This document shows positions 48,027 through 58,081 of a stretch of DNA of 64,000 nt, in pieces. Made by a program: the position numbers and the translations under genes. The DNA lies in assembly GCA_963675295.2 (NCBI GenBank), contig CAXXKJ010000002.1, forward strand, positions 2,272,001-2,336,000, read 5' to 3'. Position 1 is the stretch's first letter; the number at the start of each line of letters is the position of its first letter. The stretch is from a bacterium (GTDB lineage Bacteria > Electryoneota > Electryoneia > Electryoneales > Electryoneaceae). The notes below the pieces were generated by a model. The model searched no databases, was not told the DNA's origin, and was given only the letters and a program-made list of their open reading frames with translations.

Positions 48027-49949
48027 TTAACTCACGCGTAAACCCGGCGATACCTGGTCGTTCGGGGTTAATAGACGCAGGTTGTCGCCGTCACGGACGG
48101 CCAGCAGCATCCCCTGGCTCTTGACACCACGGATCTTTGCCGGCTGCAGGTTAGCAACGACGATGATGGTCTTGCCGACGATCTGCTCCGGGGTGTAATG
48201 CTGCTTGATGCCGGCGACGAGCTGTCGTTTCTCGGTACCGAGGTCGATCTGCAGTTGCATCAGCTTATCGGTGTCCTCGATCGGTTCGGCAGCAAGAACC
48301 ACGGCGGTGCGCAGATCCACCCGCTTGAACTCGTCGAAGCTGATCAAGCCGTCATCCGCTTTTGGCGCGGGTTTCGGCTGTTTTTTCTGCTTCGATTCCG
48401 ATTTTGGCTTCGGGGCTTCGTCCTGCGCTCCCGGCTTCTTGTGTCGCGGGAAGAGCGGGTCGCCGTATTTGGCGGTCCGTCCAGCCAGTTTTTCGCCCCA
48501 CTCAACATCATCCCAGTTCCGATGCGGATCGGCTTCGACGCCAAGGCGCTCGAACACTTCCGGGATCATCACCGGCATCACCGGCGCGAGCAGGATCGCG
48601 GCGATGCGCAGCCCTTCGGCGGCACGAGCGAGGTCGCGTCCGGCCTGTTCCTTGTCGGTCTTGATCGTGGTCCACGGCGCGGCTTCGGTGATGTCGCGGT
48701 TGATCGCACGGACGAATTGCAGCGTTTCCTCGATCGCGGCGTGGATCTGGATGTCTTCGACCAGCTGTTTGACCTTGTGCGTCGTCGCCTTGGACAATTC
48801 GACCAGCGGATCTTCCTCGTCCCACTGCACGTCCGGCACGACGCCGTCGAAGTGCTGGTCGAGCAATTTTGTGACACGGTTCAGCAGGTTGCCGAGATCA
48901 TTGGCGAGGTCGCTGTTGAGGCGCTTGACGACGTTTTCCTCGCTGAAGTTGGCGTCCTGCCCGACGACCATGTCGCGCATCAGGAAGTAGCGGAACGAAT
49001 CCATGCCGTAGATGTCGGCGAGGTCGAGCGGCTTGACCACGTTCCCGGATGATTTGGACATCTTGGCGGCGTCCTTCGCCAGCCACCAGCCGTGCGCGAG
49101 GATGTGTTGCGGCGGTTCGAGTCCAGCGGCTTTCAGCATCGTCGGCCAATAGACGGAATGCGTGGTCAGGATGTCCTTGCCGATCAGGTGATACTGGGCT
49201 GGCCACGCGGGGCTTTTGCCGTCGGGCGGCGCAAGGGTCGCGGAGTAATAGTTCAGCAAAGCGTCGAACCAGACGTAGGTGACGTAGTCACTGTCCCACG
49301 GGATCTCGATTCCCCAACTCAAACGGCTTTTCGGACGGCTGATGCAGAGGTCGCCGAGCGGTTCGCGGAGGAAACCGAGGACTTCGTTGCGACGGAAGCC
49401 CGGAACGATCGAGTCCGGGTTCTTCTCATAATGCTCGATCAGCCAGTCCTGGTACTTGGACATCTTGAAGAAGTAGTTGGTCTCCTTGATCAGCTCGACC
49501 GGACGACCGCTGATGGGATCTTTTCCATCCACGAGATCCTTCTCGGTGAAGAACTGTTCTTCGAAGACGCTGTACCAGCCTTCGTAGTCTTTCTTGTAGA
49601 TGTCGCCGGCGTCGTAAATCTGCTGCAGGATCTGCTGCACGATTTTCGTGTGGCGCGGTTCGGTGGTGCGGATGAAATCGTCATATTCGATGCCGAGCTT
49701 GGCCCACACCTTGACGAACTTCTGCGATGTGATGTCGCAGTGTTCCTGCGGGGTGCGTCCCAGCTTCTCAGCCGCGGTGGCGACTTTCTGGCCGTGTTCA
49801 TCGGTGCCGGTCAACAGGTGGACATCATCACCGAAGAGCCGGTGATAGCGGGCGAGGGTGTCCGCGAGCACTGTTGTGTAGGCGTGCCCAATGTGCGGTT
49901 CGTCGTTGACGTAGTACAGCGGCGTGGTAATGTAAAAGGGCTTGCTCAT
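48027..49949 (-). CDS. metG: Methionine--tRNA ligase with C-terminal tRNA-binding domain
   Basis: YITTPLYYVNDEPHIGH, GTDEHGQK, YVWFDAL, KMSKS, NLQPAKIRGVKSQGML. Confidence 0.98.
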   Translation of the reverse strand: MSKPFYITTPLYYVNDEPHIGHAYTTVLADTLARYHRLFGDDVHLLTGTDEHGQKVATAAEKLGRTPQEHCDITSQKFVKVWAKLGIEYDDFIRTTEPRHTKIVQQILQQIYDAGDIYKKDYEGWYSVFEEQFFTEKDLVDGKDPISGRPVELIKETNYFFKMSKYQDWLIEHYEKNPDSIVPGFRRNEVLGFLREPLGDLCISRPKSRLSWGIEIPWDSDYVTYVWFDALLNYYSATLAPPDGKSPAWPAQYHLIGKDILTTHSVYWPTMLKAAGLEPPQHILAHGWWLAKDAAKMSKSSGNVVKPLDLADIYGMDSFRYFLMRDMVVGQDANFSEENVVKRLNSDLANDLGNLLNRVTKLLDQHFDGVVPDVQWDEEDPLVELSKATTHKVKQLVEDIQIHAAIEETLQFVRAINRDITEAAPWTTIKTDKEQAGRDLARAAEGLRIAAILLAPVMPVMIPEVFERLGVEADPHRNWDDVEWGEKLAGRTAKYGDPLFPRHKKPGAQDEAPKPKSESKQKKQPKPAPKADDGLISFDEFKRVDLRTAVVLAAEPIEDTDKLMQLQIDLGTEKRQLVAGIKQHYTPEQIVGKTIIVVANLQPAKIRGVKSQGMLLAVRDGDNLRLLTPNDQVSPGLRVS

Positions 49950-49958
49950 GGTTCGATC

Positions 49959-51560
49959 TTAGCGCTTTCGATTACGTCCTCGAGGTCGTGGCGGCCGGCC
50001 TTGCGGCTTGCCATCCGAAGGCTGGGAAGATGGGCCCTGCTTGCCGCCGTCGCCAGACGGCTGGCTCTGGCGAGACTCTTTGCCGCCCTGAGATCCGGAA
50101 GCGTTCGGGTTGCCGCCGGAACCCTTGTCATCGCCGCCTCCGCGATGGTTGCGTCCGCGTCCACCGCGCCGCCGCGAGGACTTGCCGTCACCCTTGTTCT
50201 GCTGGGAATCGTCGCCATCCTTGCGTTTGTCGCGTGGCTGGGCTTCGTGCTTCGGGGATCCGTCCGCGTTCTTGCCTCCCCGGCGTCCACGGGATTTAGA
50301 CCGTGACCGGCTCGGCTTATCGCTTTGCTTCTCGTCGCCGGACTTCGCGCCGTCGGCGGCCTGAGCCTTGTCGTTTGGCTTGTTGCCACGTCCCCGTCGT
50401 CGAGATCCACCACGGCGGGATTTGCGTTGCGGCTTTTTCTTGTCGTCGTCCGCGGACTCGCCGGCGGAGGACGGAGTTGCCGGAACAACCTGCACGATCT
50501 CCGGACGATCCTTGGTATTGGCGTGCTGCTGCTTCTGGCTTTTGTCCTTGCCGCAGGAGGGGCAGGCGCCGCCGTCTCCGCCGCCCTTCTTCGGCTTGGA
50601 GCGTACGGACACGCGCGGGTCGCCGTTCGGACGGTGATCGCCACGGGCGACCAGTTCGCCTTCCTGTTCTTCCTTGCGTTGCTCCTCGATCGAGGGATCT
50701 TTGCGGAAGGTCAGCAGTTTGGGCTTCTCAGTACTATCCGGGTCCCAGTCGGTGAATTCCTTGAGGTGTTCCATTCCATAGGAATACTTGGCGCCGTCTT
50801 CCCACTCGATGCCGATGTGTTCCCAGTTGTAACTGAACTTGTTGACCTTGCCGCGTCCGCGCGGGCCCTTGACCAGGGTGCCGATTTTCGGGAACAGCTT
50901 GTTCAGATCGCGGTACTGGTCGACTTCATAACGCAGGCAGCAGCGCAGTTTGCCGCAGGGGCCGGTGTTCTTCTGCGGATTCAGGATCATGTGCTGATCC
51001 TTCATCATCGAAGTGGTCACCGGTTTGAACTCACGAATCCATGACGAACAGCACAGTTCACGTCCACAGATACCAATACCGCCGAGCCGCTTGGACTCGT
51101 CCCGGGCGCCGATCTGACGCAGGTCGATGCGGGTGTGGAACTGTTGCGCGAGGGATTTGACCAGTTCGCGGAAATCGACGCGTCCGTCCGCCGTGAAATA
51201 AAACGTCAGCTTGCGGCGATCGAGCTGGCATTCGACTTCGACCAACTTCATCTCGAGGCCGATCCGCTTGACTTCGTCCCGGAAGAATTTGCGGGCTTCG
51301 ACTTCGTGCTCGGCGTTTTCCTGGAGTTTTTCCAGGTCGTCGGGGGTGGCGAGACGGAGGACGGACTCTGGATCGCGTCCCTCTTCGATGTTGTTGCGGT
51401 TGATCTCTTCGAAGCGATCATCGACGAGGTTGACGATCCCGAGGTCAATGCCCCGATCCGCCTGGACAATGACGGCGTCCTCGGGGACCAACGGGTACTG
51501 CTCGGGGTTGGCGTAGGTAACACGCCGGCGTCCCCGGAACTCTATTTCTACCAATCGCAT
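49959..51560 (-). CDS. ricT: PSP1/RicT (YaaT) domain protein with long disordered C-terminal tail
   Basis: FYFTADGRVDFRELVK, RIDLRQIGARDE, GICGRELCCSSW, GPCGKLRCCLRYE. Confidence 0.9.
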   Translation of the reverse strand: MRLVEIEFRGRRRVTYANPEQYPLVPEDAVIVQADRGIDLGIVNLVDDRFEEINRNNIEEGRDPESVLRLATPDDLEKLQENAEHEVEARKFFRDEVKRIGLEMKLVEVECQLDRRKLTFYFTADGRVDFRELVKSLAQQFHTRIDLRQIGARDESKRLGGIGICGRELCCSSWIREFKPVTTSMMKDQHMILNPQKNTGPCGKLRCCLRYEVDQYRDLNKLFPKIGTLVKGPRGRGKVNKFSYNWEHIGIEWEDGAKYSYGMEHLKEFTDWDPDSTEKPKLLTFRKDPSIEEQRKEEQEGELVARGDHRPNGDPRVSVRSKPKKGGGDGGACPSCGKDKSQKQQHANTKDRPEIVQVVPATPSSAGESADDDKKKPQRKSRRGGSRRRGRGNKPNDKAQAADGAKSGDEKQSDKPSRSRSKSRGRRGGKNADGSPKHEAQPRDKRKDGDDSQQNKGDGKSSRRRGGRGRNHRGGGDDKGSGGNPNASGSQGGKESRQSQPSGDGGKQGPSSQPSDGKPQGRPPRPRGRNRKR

Positions 51561-51602
51561 GAAACTGTATCCTTATCCACAATTACCCAGGCCGGACCCG
51601 TG

Positions 51603-52814
51603 TTATTTGCCTCGTGGCCTGAACAGCACCTTGCGCAAGGTGGCGAACAGGTTGTAGGCGATCAGGGTCGTCTGCACGTGACGCTCGATATCGAGCCGCG
51701 CCTCATCGATGGCGGCGAGAGCGTCCTCAAAGTTACGGCCTTCAGTAAAAGTAGCAAATTTAACAAGATGCTCGTCCCGTGCAAGCTCTTTCGCGGAACT
51801 CGGGTCGGCATCGTAGGTTTGTACGTCGCGCAGCCAATGAGCCATCCGTTCCAGAATGCCGGCGAAATCGCCGGAACGGGAAGCCGCGCCCCAATAATCG
51901 ACAAGTTCATCCAGCCGTCCGGGGTCGCCACGCAGCAGATCGCGCAGCAACTCGACGACTTTCATCGTTTCCTTCGTCGGATCGCCCTTCGCCCAGTCAA
52001 CAGCCTGTTTCCACGATCCATCCGCCAGCCGTGCGGCGGCTTCGGCCTTGTCCGGCTTGACTTTCAAGCGTGTAATCAGTTCGTCACGCAGGGTGTCCTG
52101 ATCGATGCGTGCGAACCGCAGCACCTGGCAACGTGACAATATTGTCGGCAATAAGCGCGATTCGCGGGACGAGGTGAGGATGAAGACGACGTTCGCCGGG
52201 GGTTCCTCGAGCAGCTTGAGGAATGCGTTCGCCGCCTGCACGCGCAGCCGGTCGGCCTGGCTGATGAGCACCACGCGCCAGCCGCCGGAGTAGGAGGTCA
52301 GCCGGAATTCGGAACGCAGGGCGCGGATGTGTTCGATCAGGATCTCGTTGCCGCCGGAAACGGACAGGCTGGTGTAGTAATCGTCCGCCTTGGCCGCCAT
52401 CAGGGCGTCCATCTGCTTGCGTTGCGCGGCGGTGTATTGCTCGACGGCGTCAACGCCGTCCTGACCTTCCTTCGGCGGCTGCGGCTTCGGTTGCGGGAAG
52501 AGAATCTTCATGCCCGGGTGGGTCAGCTTCTCGGTTTGCACGCAGCTATCGCAGGTTCCGCAGGGAAGAGCGGCGGAGCGTTGGCCCTTACGGTCTCCTT
52601 CGGACATGCAGAGCAGGATGCGCGCGAAATCCAGCGCGGCGGCTTCCTTGCCGCTGCCAACTTCGCCGAGGAAGAGGTACGCGTGCGCAATCCGGCCGGT
52701 GGTTGCGGCACGGGAGAGAACATCCTTGACCCGGTCCTGGCCGATCAGGTTGCGGAAATGGACACCCGGTTGGATTTGTTCGACGTCATCCAGCAGATCT
52801 ATGAGCTCAGCCAC
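51603..52814 (-). CDS. holB: DNA polymerase III subunit delta'
   Basis: HAYLFLGEVGSGK, PCGTCDSC, AANAFLKLLEEPP, LLPTILSRCQ; upstream of ricT. Confidence 0.9.
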   Translation of the reverse strand: MAELIDLLDDVEQIQPGVHFRNLIGQDRVKDVLSRAATTGRIAHAYLFLGEVGSGKEAAALDFARILLCMSEGDRKGQRSAALPCGTCDSCVQTEKLTHPGMKILFPQPKPQPPKEGQDGVDAVEQYTAAQRKQMDALMAAKADDYYTSLSVSGGNEILIEHIRALRSEFRLTSYSGGWRVVLISQADRLRVQAANAFLKLLEEPPANVVFILTSSRESRLLPTILSRCQVLRFARIDQDTLRDELITRLKVKPDKAEAAARLADGSWKQAVDWAKGDPTKETMKVVELLRDLLRGDPGRLDELVDYWGAASRSGDFAGILERMAHWLRDVQTYDADPSSAKELARDEHLVKFATFTEGRNFEDALAAIDEARLDIERHVQTTLIAYNLFATLRKVLFRPRGK

Positions 52815-54085
52815 GCGAGGGGATCCTGTTTTTCCTGCTTGTGCCAGACCTGGAAGTGCAGCCGTGGTGAATCGGCGCCTCCAGATTGGCCCACGGTACC
52901 GATGACCCGTCCGGCGTCCACCTGTTCATTTTCGCTGACGAGCACGTTCGCAAGGTGGGCATACACGGTATAATACCCGTTCTGATGGGAAATCAAGACC
53001 GTGTTTCCGAACCCTCGAACGTAGGTAATCCGTGTGCAGATCCCCTCCTGCACGGCCAGGACTTCGGAGCCCTCGTGAGCCTGAATGTCGATGCCGGGGT
53101 TCTCGGTGACGGTGCCGGTGGACTGGTTTCGTTCCAGCCCGAAGCGTGTGACGACCCGGCCTTTCACCGGCCACGGCAGTTTGCCGCGTGCGGACGGGAA
53201 GGAGGTGAAGTGCGGAACCTCGCGGATGACGATCTCGGTTGGTGAATTAACGCCAACTTCCTGTACGCCACCGGAAACGCGCTGGCGTTCGAGGGACGCG
53301 ATCCAGTCGGTGACCTCGCTCATCGCGGACTGACGGTCGGCGATGCGTTGGCTAAGGGCGTTCTTGTCCGCTCGCAGGCTGGCGATGGTAGCGTTGAGTT
53401 GCTCGCGGTCGGCCTCGATCAGCTTGCGTTCACCGTTGGCTTCAGCGAGCAGGGCTTCGGCACGCTTCACCTGTGCGGCTTTTTCAGCACGGGTCTCGGC
53501 GAGGGCGGCGATCAGGGCGCGGTGTTTGCCGGCAATGCGTTCCTGGGTATTGCGGGCGACGGCGAGCGCGTCGAGGTTCGAATGGTCGCGTTCGTTGATT
53601 TTGCGAACGTAGACTTGGCGCTGGAGAAACTCGCCAAGGGACGATGCGTTCAACAAGTAGGCGAGGACGTTGCGGTCACCTTGTTTGTAAACATGCACGG
53701 CCCGCGCCGCGACTTGAGATTGCAGGGTGGAAATGTCGGCTCGAGTGGCGTCGAGGTCGCGTTCCACCTGGCCGAGCTCGCGCTGTTGTTTGGTGATCTG
53801 ACGGTCCTGCTTGCGGACTTCAGCGCGGGCGTTGTCGCGCTGGTTGTCGAGTTCGCGGATCAGTTTCTGCCGGGCGGCGATCTGCTTGTCGAGGGCTTGG
53901 ATCTGTTTGGCGAGGTCGCGTTCGGTGTGGCCGAGGGACTCGAGGACAACGGTGAGGCTGTCAACTTCACCACGAAGGCGGTCGAGGCGGTCGCGCGGAT
54001 TTTCCTGCAGCATCGCCCGGCTCCCGGCTGCGATCAGCAGCAGGGAAATGATAAAAATGAGCCGAACGTGAGGAGCTCGCCGCAT
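52799..54085 (-). CDS. EnvC-like murein hydrolase activator (coiled coil + M23 domain)
   Basis: Signal peptide, long coiled coil, LPWPVKG, NPGIDI (first His degenerate), YAHL, LHFQV. Confidence 0.88.
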   Translation of the reverse strand: MRRAPHVRLIFIISLLLIAAGSRAMLQENPRDRLDRLRGEVDSLTVVLESLGHTERDLAKQIQALDKQIAARQKLIRELDNQRDNARAEVRKQDRQITKQQRELGQVERDLDATRADISTLQSQVAARAVHVYKQGDRNVLAYLLNASSLGEFLQRQVYVRKINERDHSNLDALAVARNTQERIAGKHRALIAALAETRAEKAAQVKRAEALLAEANGERKLIEADREQLNATIASLRADKNALSQRIADRQSAMSEVTDWIASLERQRVSGGVQEVGVNSPTEIVIREVPHFTSFPSARGKLPWPVKGRVVTRFGLERNQSTGTVTENPGIDIQAHEGSEVLAVQEGICTRITYVRGFGNTVLISHQNGYYTVYAHLANVLVSENEQVDAGRVIGTVGQSGGADSPRLHFQVWHKQEKQDPLAWLSS

Positions 54086-54270
54086 AAATTTGTTATCTTT
54101 CGAGTTCGGGTCAAATCGTGCCGGGAATCCCCGTCGCCATTCCTCGGATTGAGGGAACCGGGAAGTCCGCAGATGGAAAGATACAACGGCGATAAGCGGC
54201 AGTTCAAGCACGATTTCTAACGTACAGATAGCTTTCAAAGACGGTTGTAGACGAGAATGGGGGTAGGATC

Positions 54271-56325
54271 ATGCGTTCACGATGGATCATACTCTTTGTC
54301 GCAATAGGAGTGGTGGCAGGGGTTTCGAGCTACGCGGAGCAGTACAGCCCGGCGACACAACCGTTCGTCCAGCGCCTGGTGGACGAATCTCTCGCCGGGG
54401 AGGTGGTGGACTTCTGCTCTCACGGGAAAGCGACGGCGTGGCTGGACAAGGGCGCGTATGTCATCGCCGATGACAGCAGCCACAGCTACAATTCGCTGCA
54501 CCTGGACATCCGTCTGACGCCGGACATGGACTCGGACTCGTTCGAGGGCACGGTGATCATGACTGCCGAGGCGAACGAGACGCTGAACAGCTTCTGGTAC
54601 AACCTCAAGGATTGCAGCATTCAGTCGGTGCTGGTCAATGGAACGGCGGCGACATTCAACATCTCCAATGAAGTGGTGACGGTTACTCCCACGTCACCGA
54701 TTGCGTCTGGCGCTGAATTTACGGTTGAAACGAACTACACCGGCAATATTTACGGGACCAACGCTGACGGCGGCATGATCGAGTCGTCCTCGACGAATAC
54801 AGTGTTCACATTCGGCGAACCGTACGATACCCGTCGCTGGCTGGCGTGTTACGATTTTCCGTTCGACAAGGTGACCAGCGAGATGCGGGTGACCATCGAC
54901 GAAGATTACGAGGTGTTGTCGAACGGTCTGCTGGAATCGGTGACGAATCACGGCAACGGGACGCATACGTACTACTGGATCAACGACGAGCCGGTTTCGA
55001 CGTACCTGATCGCGTTTTCCGCCGGGCCGTATGTGATTGTCCATGACGATCCGGCCGGGGTCAACGATACGCCGGTTGCGTATTGGATTCTGCCGCAGTG
55101 GCAGGCGCAGGCGGAGTATGATTTCGGCCGCACGGACGAGATGATCGACTATTTCGAGCCGTTGTTCGGGGCGTATCCGTTCGTGAAGTACGATCAGGCG
55201 ATGGCGGCGATTTTCGGCGGCTGGGGTGCGATGGAGCATCAGACGTGCACGACGATGGGGCACGCGCTTGTAAACAACGGCAATCGGTACTACGAGAACA
55301 TTGTCGCGCATGAACTGGGCCATATGTGGTGGGGTGATTATGTCGGCCCGCGCACGTTCAAGAACATCTGGCTGAACGAGGGGTTCGCGTCCTACAGCGA
55401 GGCGTTGTGGGCTGAACACTTCTCGTTGCAAGACCGGAAAGACATTCTCGCAACGTTCCGCAGCTCGTTCTTCAATCACGATAACAGCAACCGGCACCCA
55501 ATCTACGATCCGCCGCCGGGGCATCTGTTCTGCTCCACCGTGTACAAGAAAGGCGGCTGGATTCTGCACATGCTGCGTTGGGTTGTCGGCGATCAGAATT
55601 TCTTCGACGGGCTGCAGTATTACGCCAGCCAGCACGCGTACGAGACTGCCGTGACGCCCGAATTCCAGGCGGCGATGGAACATGTCAGCGGGATGAATTT
55701 GACGCGTTTCTTCGACGAGTGGGTCTATGGCCAGGGCTATCCGGAATACCTGATTACCGGGTGGAAGGTGCGGAAGAACGGGGACACGTGGGACGCGACG
55801 TTCCGTCTGACGCAGACCCAGACGAATGCGCCGTATTTCTCGACGCCGTTGCCGATCCTGGTGCGTGAACAGACCTCGGAAAGTCCAGTGCAGTATCGTG
55901 AGACGCTGGTCCGTGCGGAAGTGTTGCCGATGGCGGAGCAGACGGTGACGTTGAGTGGATTTGAGTTGCCGCCGGATTCGTTCGAATTCGATCCGGACGA
56001 GTGGATTCTGTGCCTGTCCGAGTACCGGTCGAGTGTGGACGATTTCGAGATTCTGCCGAGCCAGTTCGAGGTGTCGAACGTGTGGCCGAATCCGTTCAAC
56101 TCGACGGCGGCAGTGACGGTTCAGCTTGATCGTCCCAGCCATCTCCGTGCGGAGGTGTTTGACCTGCTCGGGCGTTCAGTTGCGCTGTTGGCGGATGATA
56201 ACTACACTGTTGGATCACACCGGCTGACGTGGACTCCGGAAGGCATGTTTGCCAGTGGAACCTACCTGCTTCGTGTGGAAGCAGGATCGCAAACCGAGAT
56301 ACGAAAGCTCGTTTTCCTGCAATGA
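54271..56325 (+). CDS. M1-family zinc aminopeptidase with T9SS-type C-terminal sorting domain
   Basis: Signal peptide; GAMEH, HELGH..WLNEGFA; C-terminal WPNPFNS..FDLLGR..SGTYLLRV..KLVFLQ. Confidence 0.9.
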   Translation: MRSRWIILFVAIGVVAGVSSYAEQYSPATQPFVQRLVDESLAGEVVDFCSHGKATAWLDKGAYVIADDSSHSYNSLHLDIRLTPDMDSDSFEGTVIMTAEANETLNSFWYNLKDCSIQSVLVNGTAATFNISNEVVTVTPTSPIASGAEFTVETNYTGNIYGTNADGGMIESSSTNTVFTFGEPYDTRRWLACYDFPFDKVTSEMRVTIDEDYEVLSNGLLESVTNHGNGTHTYYWINDEPVSTYLIAFSAGPYVIVHDDPAGVNDTPVAYWILPQWQAQAEYDFGRTDEMIDYFEPLFGAYPFVKYDQAMAAIFGGWGAMEHQTCTTMGHALVNNGNRYYENIVAHELGHMWWGDYVGPRTFKNIWLNEGFASYSEALWAEHFSLQDRKDILATFRSSFFNHDNSNRHPIYDPPPGHLFCSTVYKKGGWILHMLRWVVGDQNFFDGLQYYASQHAYETAVTPEFQAAMEHVSGMNLTRFFDEWVYGQGYPEYLITGWKVRKNGDTWDATFRLTQTQTNAPYFSTPLPILVREQTSESPVQYRETLVRAEVLPMAEQTVTLSGFELPPDSFEFDPDEWILCLSEYRSSVDDFEILPSQFEVSNVWPNPFNSTAAVTVQLDRPSHLRAEVFDLLGRSVALLADDNYTVGSHRLTWTPEGMFASGTYLLRVEAGSQTEIRKLVFLQ

Positions 56326-57044
56326 CGATCCAGCCTGCCGACGATGCGGTGCGTCAGAAATCGCACCGCATCGCCGGGATGTTTAACCACATCGCACCGA
56401 CCTACGATTTGCTCAACCGTTTGCTCAGCATGGGACTGGACAAACGGTGGCGTTCTCTTGCCTTGAAAGCCGGTTCGCCGAAGCCGACCGAACTGTGGCT
56501 CGATCTTGCCGCTGGCAGCGGGGACATGGTCTTCGCGGGCTTGAAACTATCCCCGGCCAGCCGTTGGTTCGCTGCGGACCCCTCGCGCGAACTGTTGCTG
56601 CGGCTGCAGAAGAAGGTACCGCCGGGGGTGAAGGTGCCAGCAACGCTGACCCGTGCGGAAGATCTGCCGTATGCCGATGGGACGTTTGATGGTGTCACCG
56701 TCGCGTTCGGCGTGCGCAATTTCGCCGACACGCATCGTGGATTGAGTGAGCTGGCGCGTGTGCTGAAGCCTGGTGGACGGCTGGTCATCCTCGAATTCCA
56801 TCCGAGCACGGTGGGGCAGTGGGGTGTGAACCCGTTGGTCAAGTTTTACCTGCACAACGTGATCCCGCTGGTCGGTGCGCTGGTCAGCCGGCAGTACAAG
56901 GCGTACCGTTACCTCTCCGAATCTTCCCGCAATTTCTGGACGGTCGAGCTGCTTGCGCGCGAACTGCGTGAGGCTGGCTTCGCGAAAGTCCAGTGGCAGT
57001 CCGTGTTTGCCCAATCGGTAATGCTAACCCGGGCGATCCGATGA
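56322..57044 (+). CDS. menG: Demethylmenaquinone methyltransferase (UbiE/MenG)
   Basis: MFNHIAPTYDLLNRLLSMGLDKRWR, LDLAAGSGD, AFGVRNF, RVLKPGG, AYRYLSES. Confidence 0.92.
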   Translation: MTIQPADDAVRQKSHRIAGMFNHIAPTYDLLNRLLSMGLDKRWRSLALKAGSPKPTELWLDLAAGSGDMVFAGLKLSPASRWFAADPSRELLLRLQKKVPPGVKVPATLTRAEDLPYADGTFDGVTVAFGVRNFADTHRGLSELARVLKPGGRLVILEFHPSTVGQWGVNPLVKFYLHNVIPLVGALVSRQYKAYRYLSESSRNFWTVELLARELREAGFAKVQWQSVFAQSVMLTRAIR

Positions 57045-57424
57045 GACGGCGGAGTTTGCGTTTCCGTCCCGGCGACGTGGTGGTGATCCTGGTGCTGGTG
57101 GTGCTCGCTGTTGGACTCACAGTGCTGACTGGATCGGTGCCGCGTGGCGCACGGGCGGTGGTGCTGGTGGACGGAATTTCGAAAGCCGTGTTGCCGTTGG
57201 ATCAACCGGGTGAAGTTCGTGTGAATGGCGCGTTGGGCGAAACCGTGGTCGTGGTGGATAGCCTCGGGGTGCAGATCACCGAGTCCGCGTGTCCGCACAA
57301 GACCTGCGTTCACATGGGACATATTTCGGTGCGGGGGCAGGTGCTGATCTGCGTGCCGAACCACGTGGCGGTGCGGGTCGAGGGCGGGGACGATGAGTCG
57401 AACCTCGACGGTGTAACGGGGTGA
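57041..57424 (+). CDS. NusG domain II-containing membrane-anchored protein (DUF1312-like)
   Basis: GD + TM anchor; SACPHKTCVHMG, LICVPN. Confidence 0.88.
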   Translation: MRRRSLRFRPGDVVVILVLVVLAVGLTVLTGSVPRGARAVVLVDGISKAVLPLDQPGEVRVNGALGETVVVVDSLGVQITESACPHKTCVHMGHISVRGQVLICVPNHVAVRVEGGDDESNLDGVTG

Positions 57425-57436
57425 GCGCAGCGTTCG

Positions 57437-57979
57437 ATGAGTGAACATGCCCGAACAGATGTGATGCGTCACGCGCGCATTCTCGCCCGGCTGTCGTTAT
57501 GGACGGCGGTGGGGGTGGTGCTCGGCGGACTTGAGCGGATGCTGCCGCAGCCGGTGCCGTGGGCGAAGCTTGGGATCGCGAACCTCGCGGCGGTGCTGGT
57601 GCTGTATGGCTTCGGCTGGCGGCTGGCGTTGCTGGTCAATGTCGCGCGGGCGTTGACGGTTGCGTTGCTGTTTGGCACGTGGGCGACGCCGGTGTTCCTG
57701 CTGTCGCTCGGTGGGGCGGTGTTGTCGATTCCGGCGATGGCGTTCGTGCGAGGGATCGGCGGACGTTATGTCAGCGTGATCAGTGTCTCGGCGGTGGGTG
57801 GGTTCACGCACATGTTGACACAATTCGCGCTGGCGTCGTGGTTGATCGCACGCCATGGCGGGTTGCTGGTATTCGCCGGGCCGAGCCTGCTGGTGGCAAT
57901 TGTCAGCGGGGTGTTGGTTGGTCTGCTCGCCGCGTTGTTGCTGGTTCGGTTGCCGCGTTCGCTGGTCTACAGTCCTTGA
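57437..57979 (+). CDS. Gx transporter family / heptaprenyl diphosphate synthase component I-like membrane protein
   Basis: LERMLP..KLGIANL, LSLGGAVLS, SAVGGFTH..Q; follows the NusG-II gene. Confidence 0.85.
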   Translation: MSEHARTDVMRHARILARLSLWTAVGVVLGGLERMLPQPVPWAKLGIANLAAVLVLYGFGWRLALLVNVARALTVALLFGTWATPVFLLSLGGAVLSIPAMAFVRGIGGRYVSVISVSAVGGFTHMLTQFALASWLIARHGGLLVFAGPSLLVAIVSGVLVGLLAALLLVRLPRSLVYSP

Positions 57980-58081
57980 CCATTTCTTTCCTGTTCAGTA
58001 GGTTTCAGACAGTGAATCGGCGGCGAGTCATGACTTGTCGCCACTACCTGTTGAATCCAACGATCCTGGAGGAGATGAACC

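Noticed and set aside
49946-50644. 232-aa alternate-frame ORF overlapping the ricT tail
   Set aside because: Arises from GC-rich low-complexity sequence; no motif, no slippery site identified.
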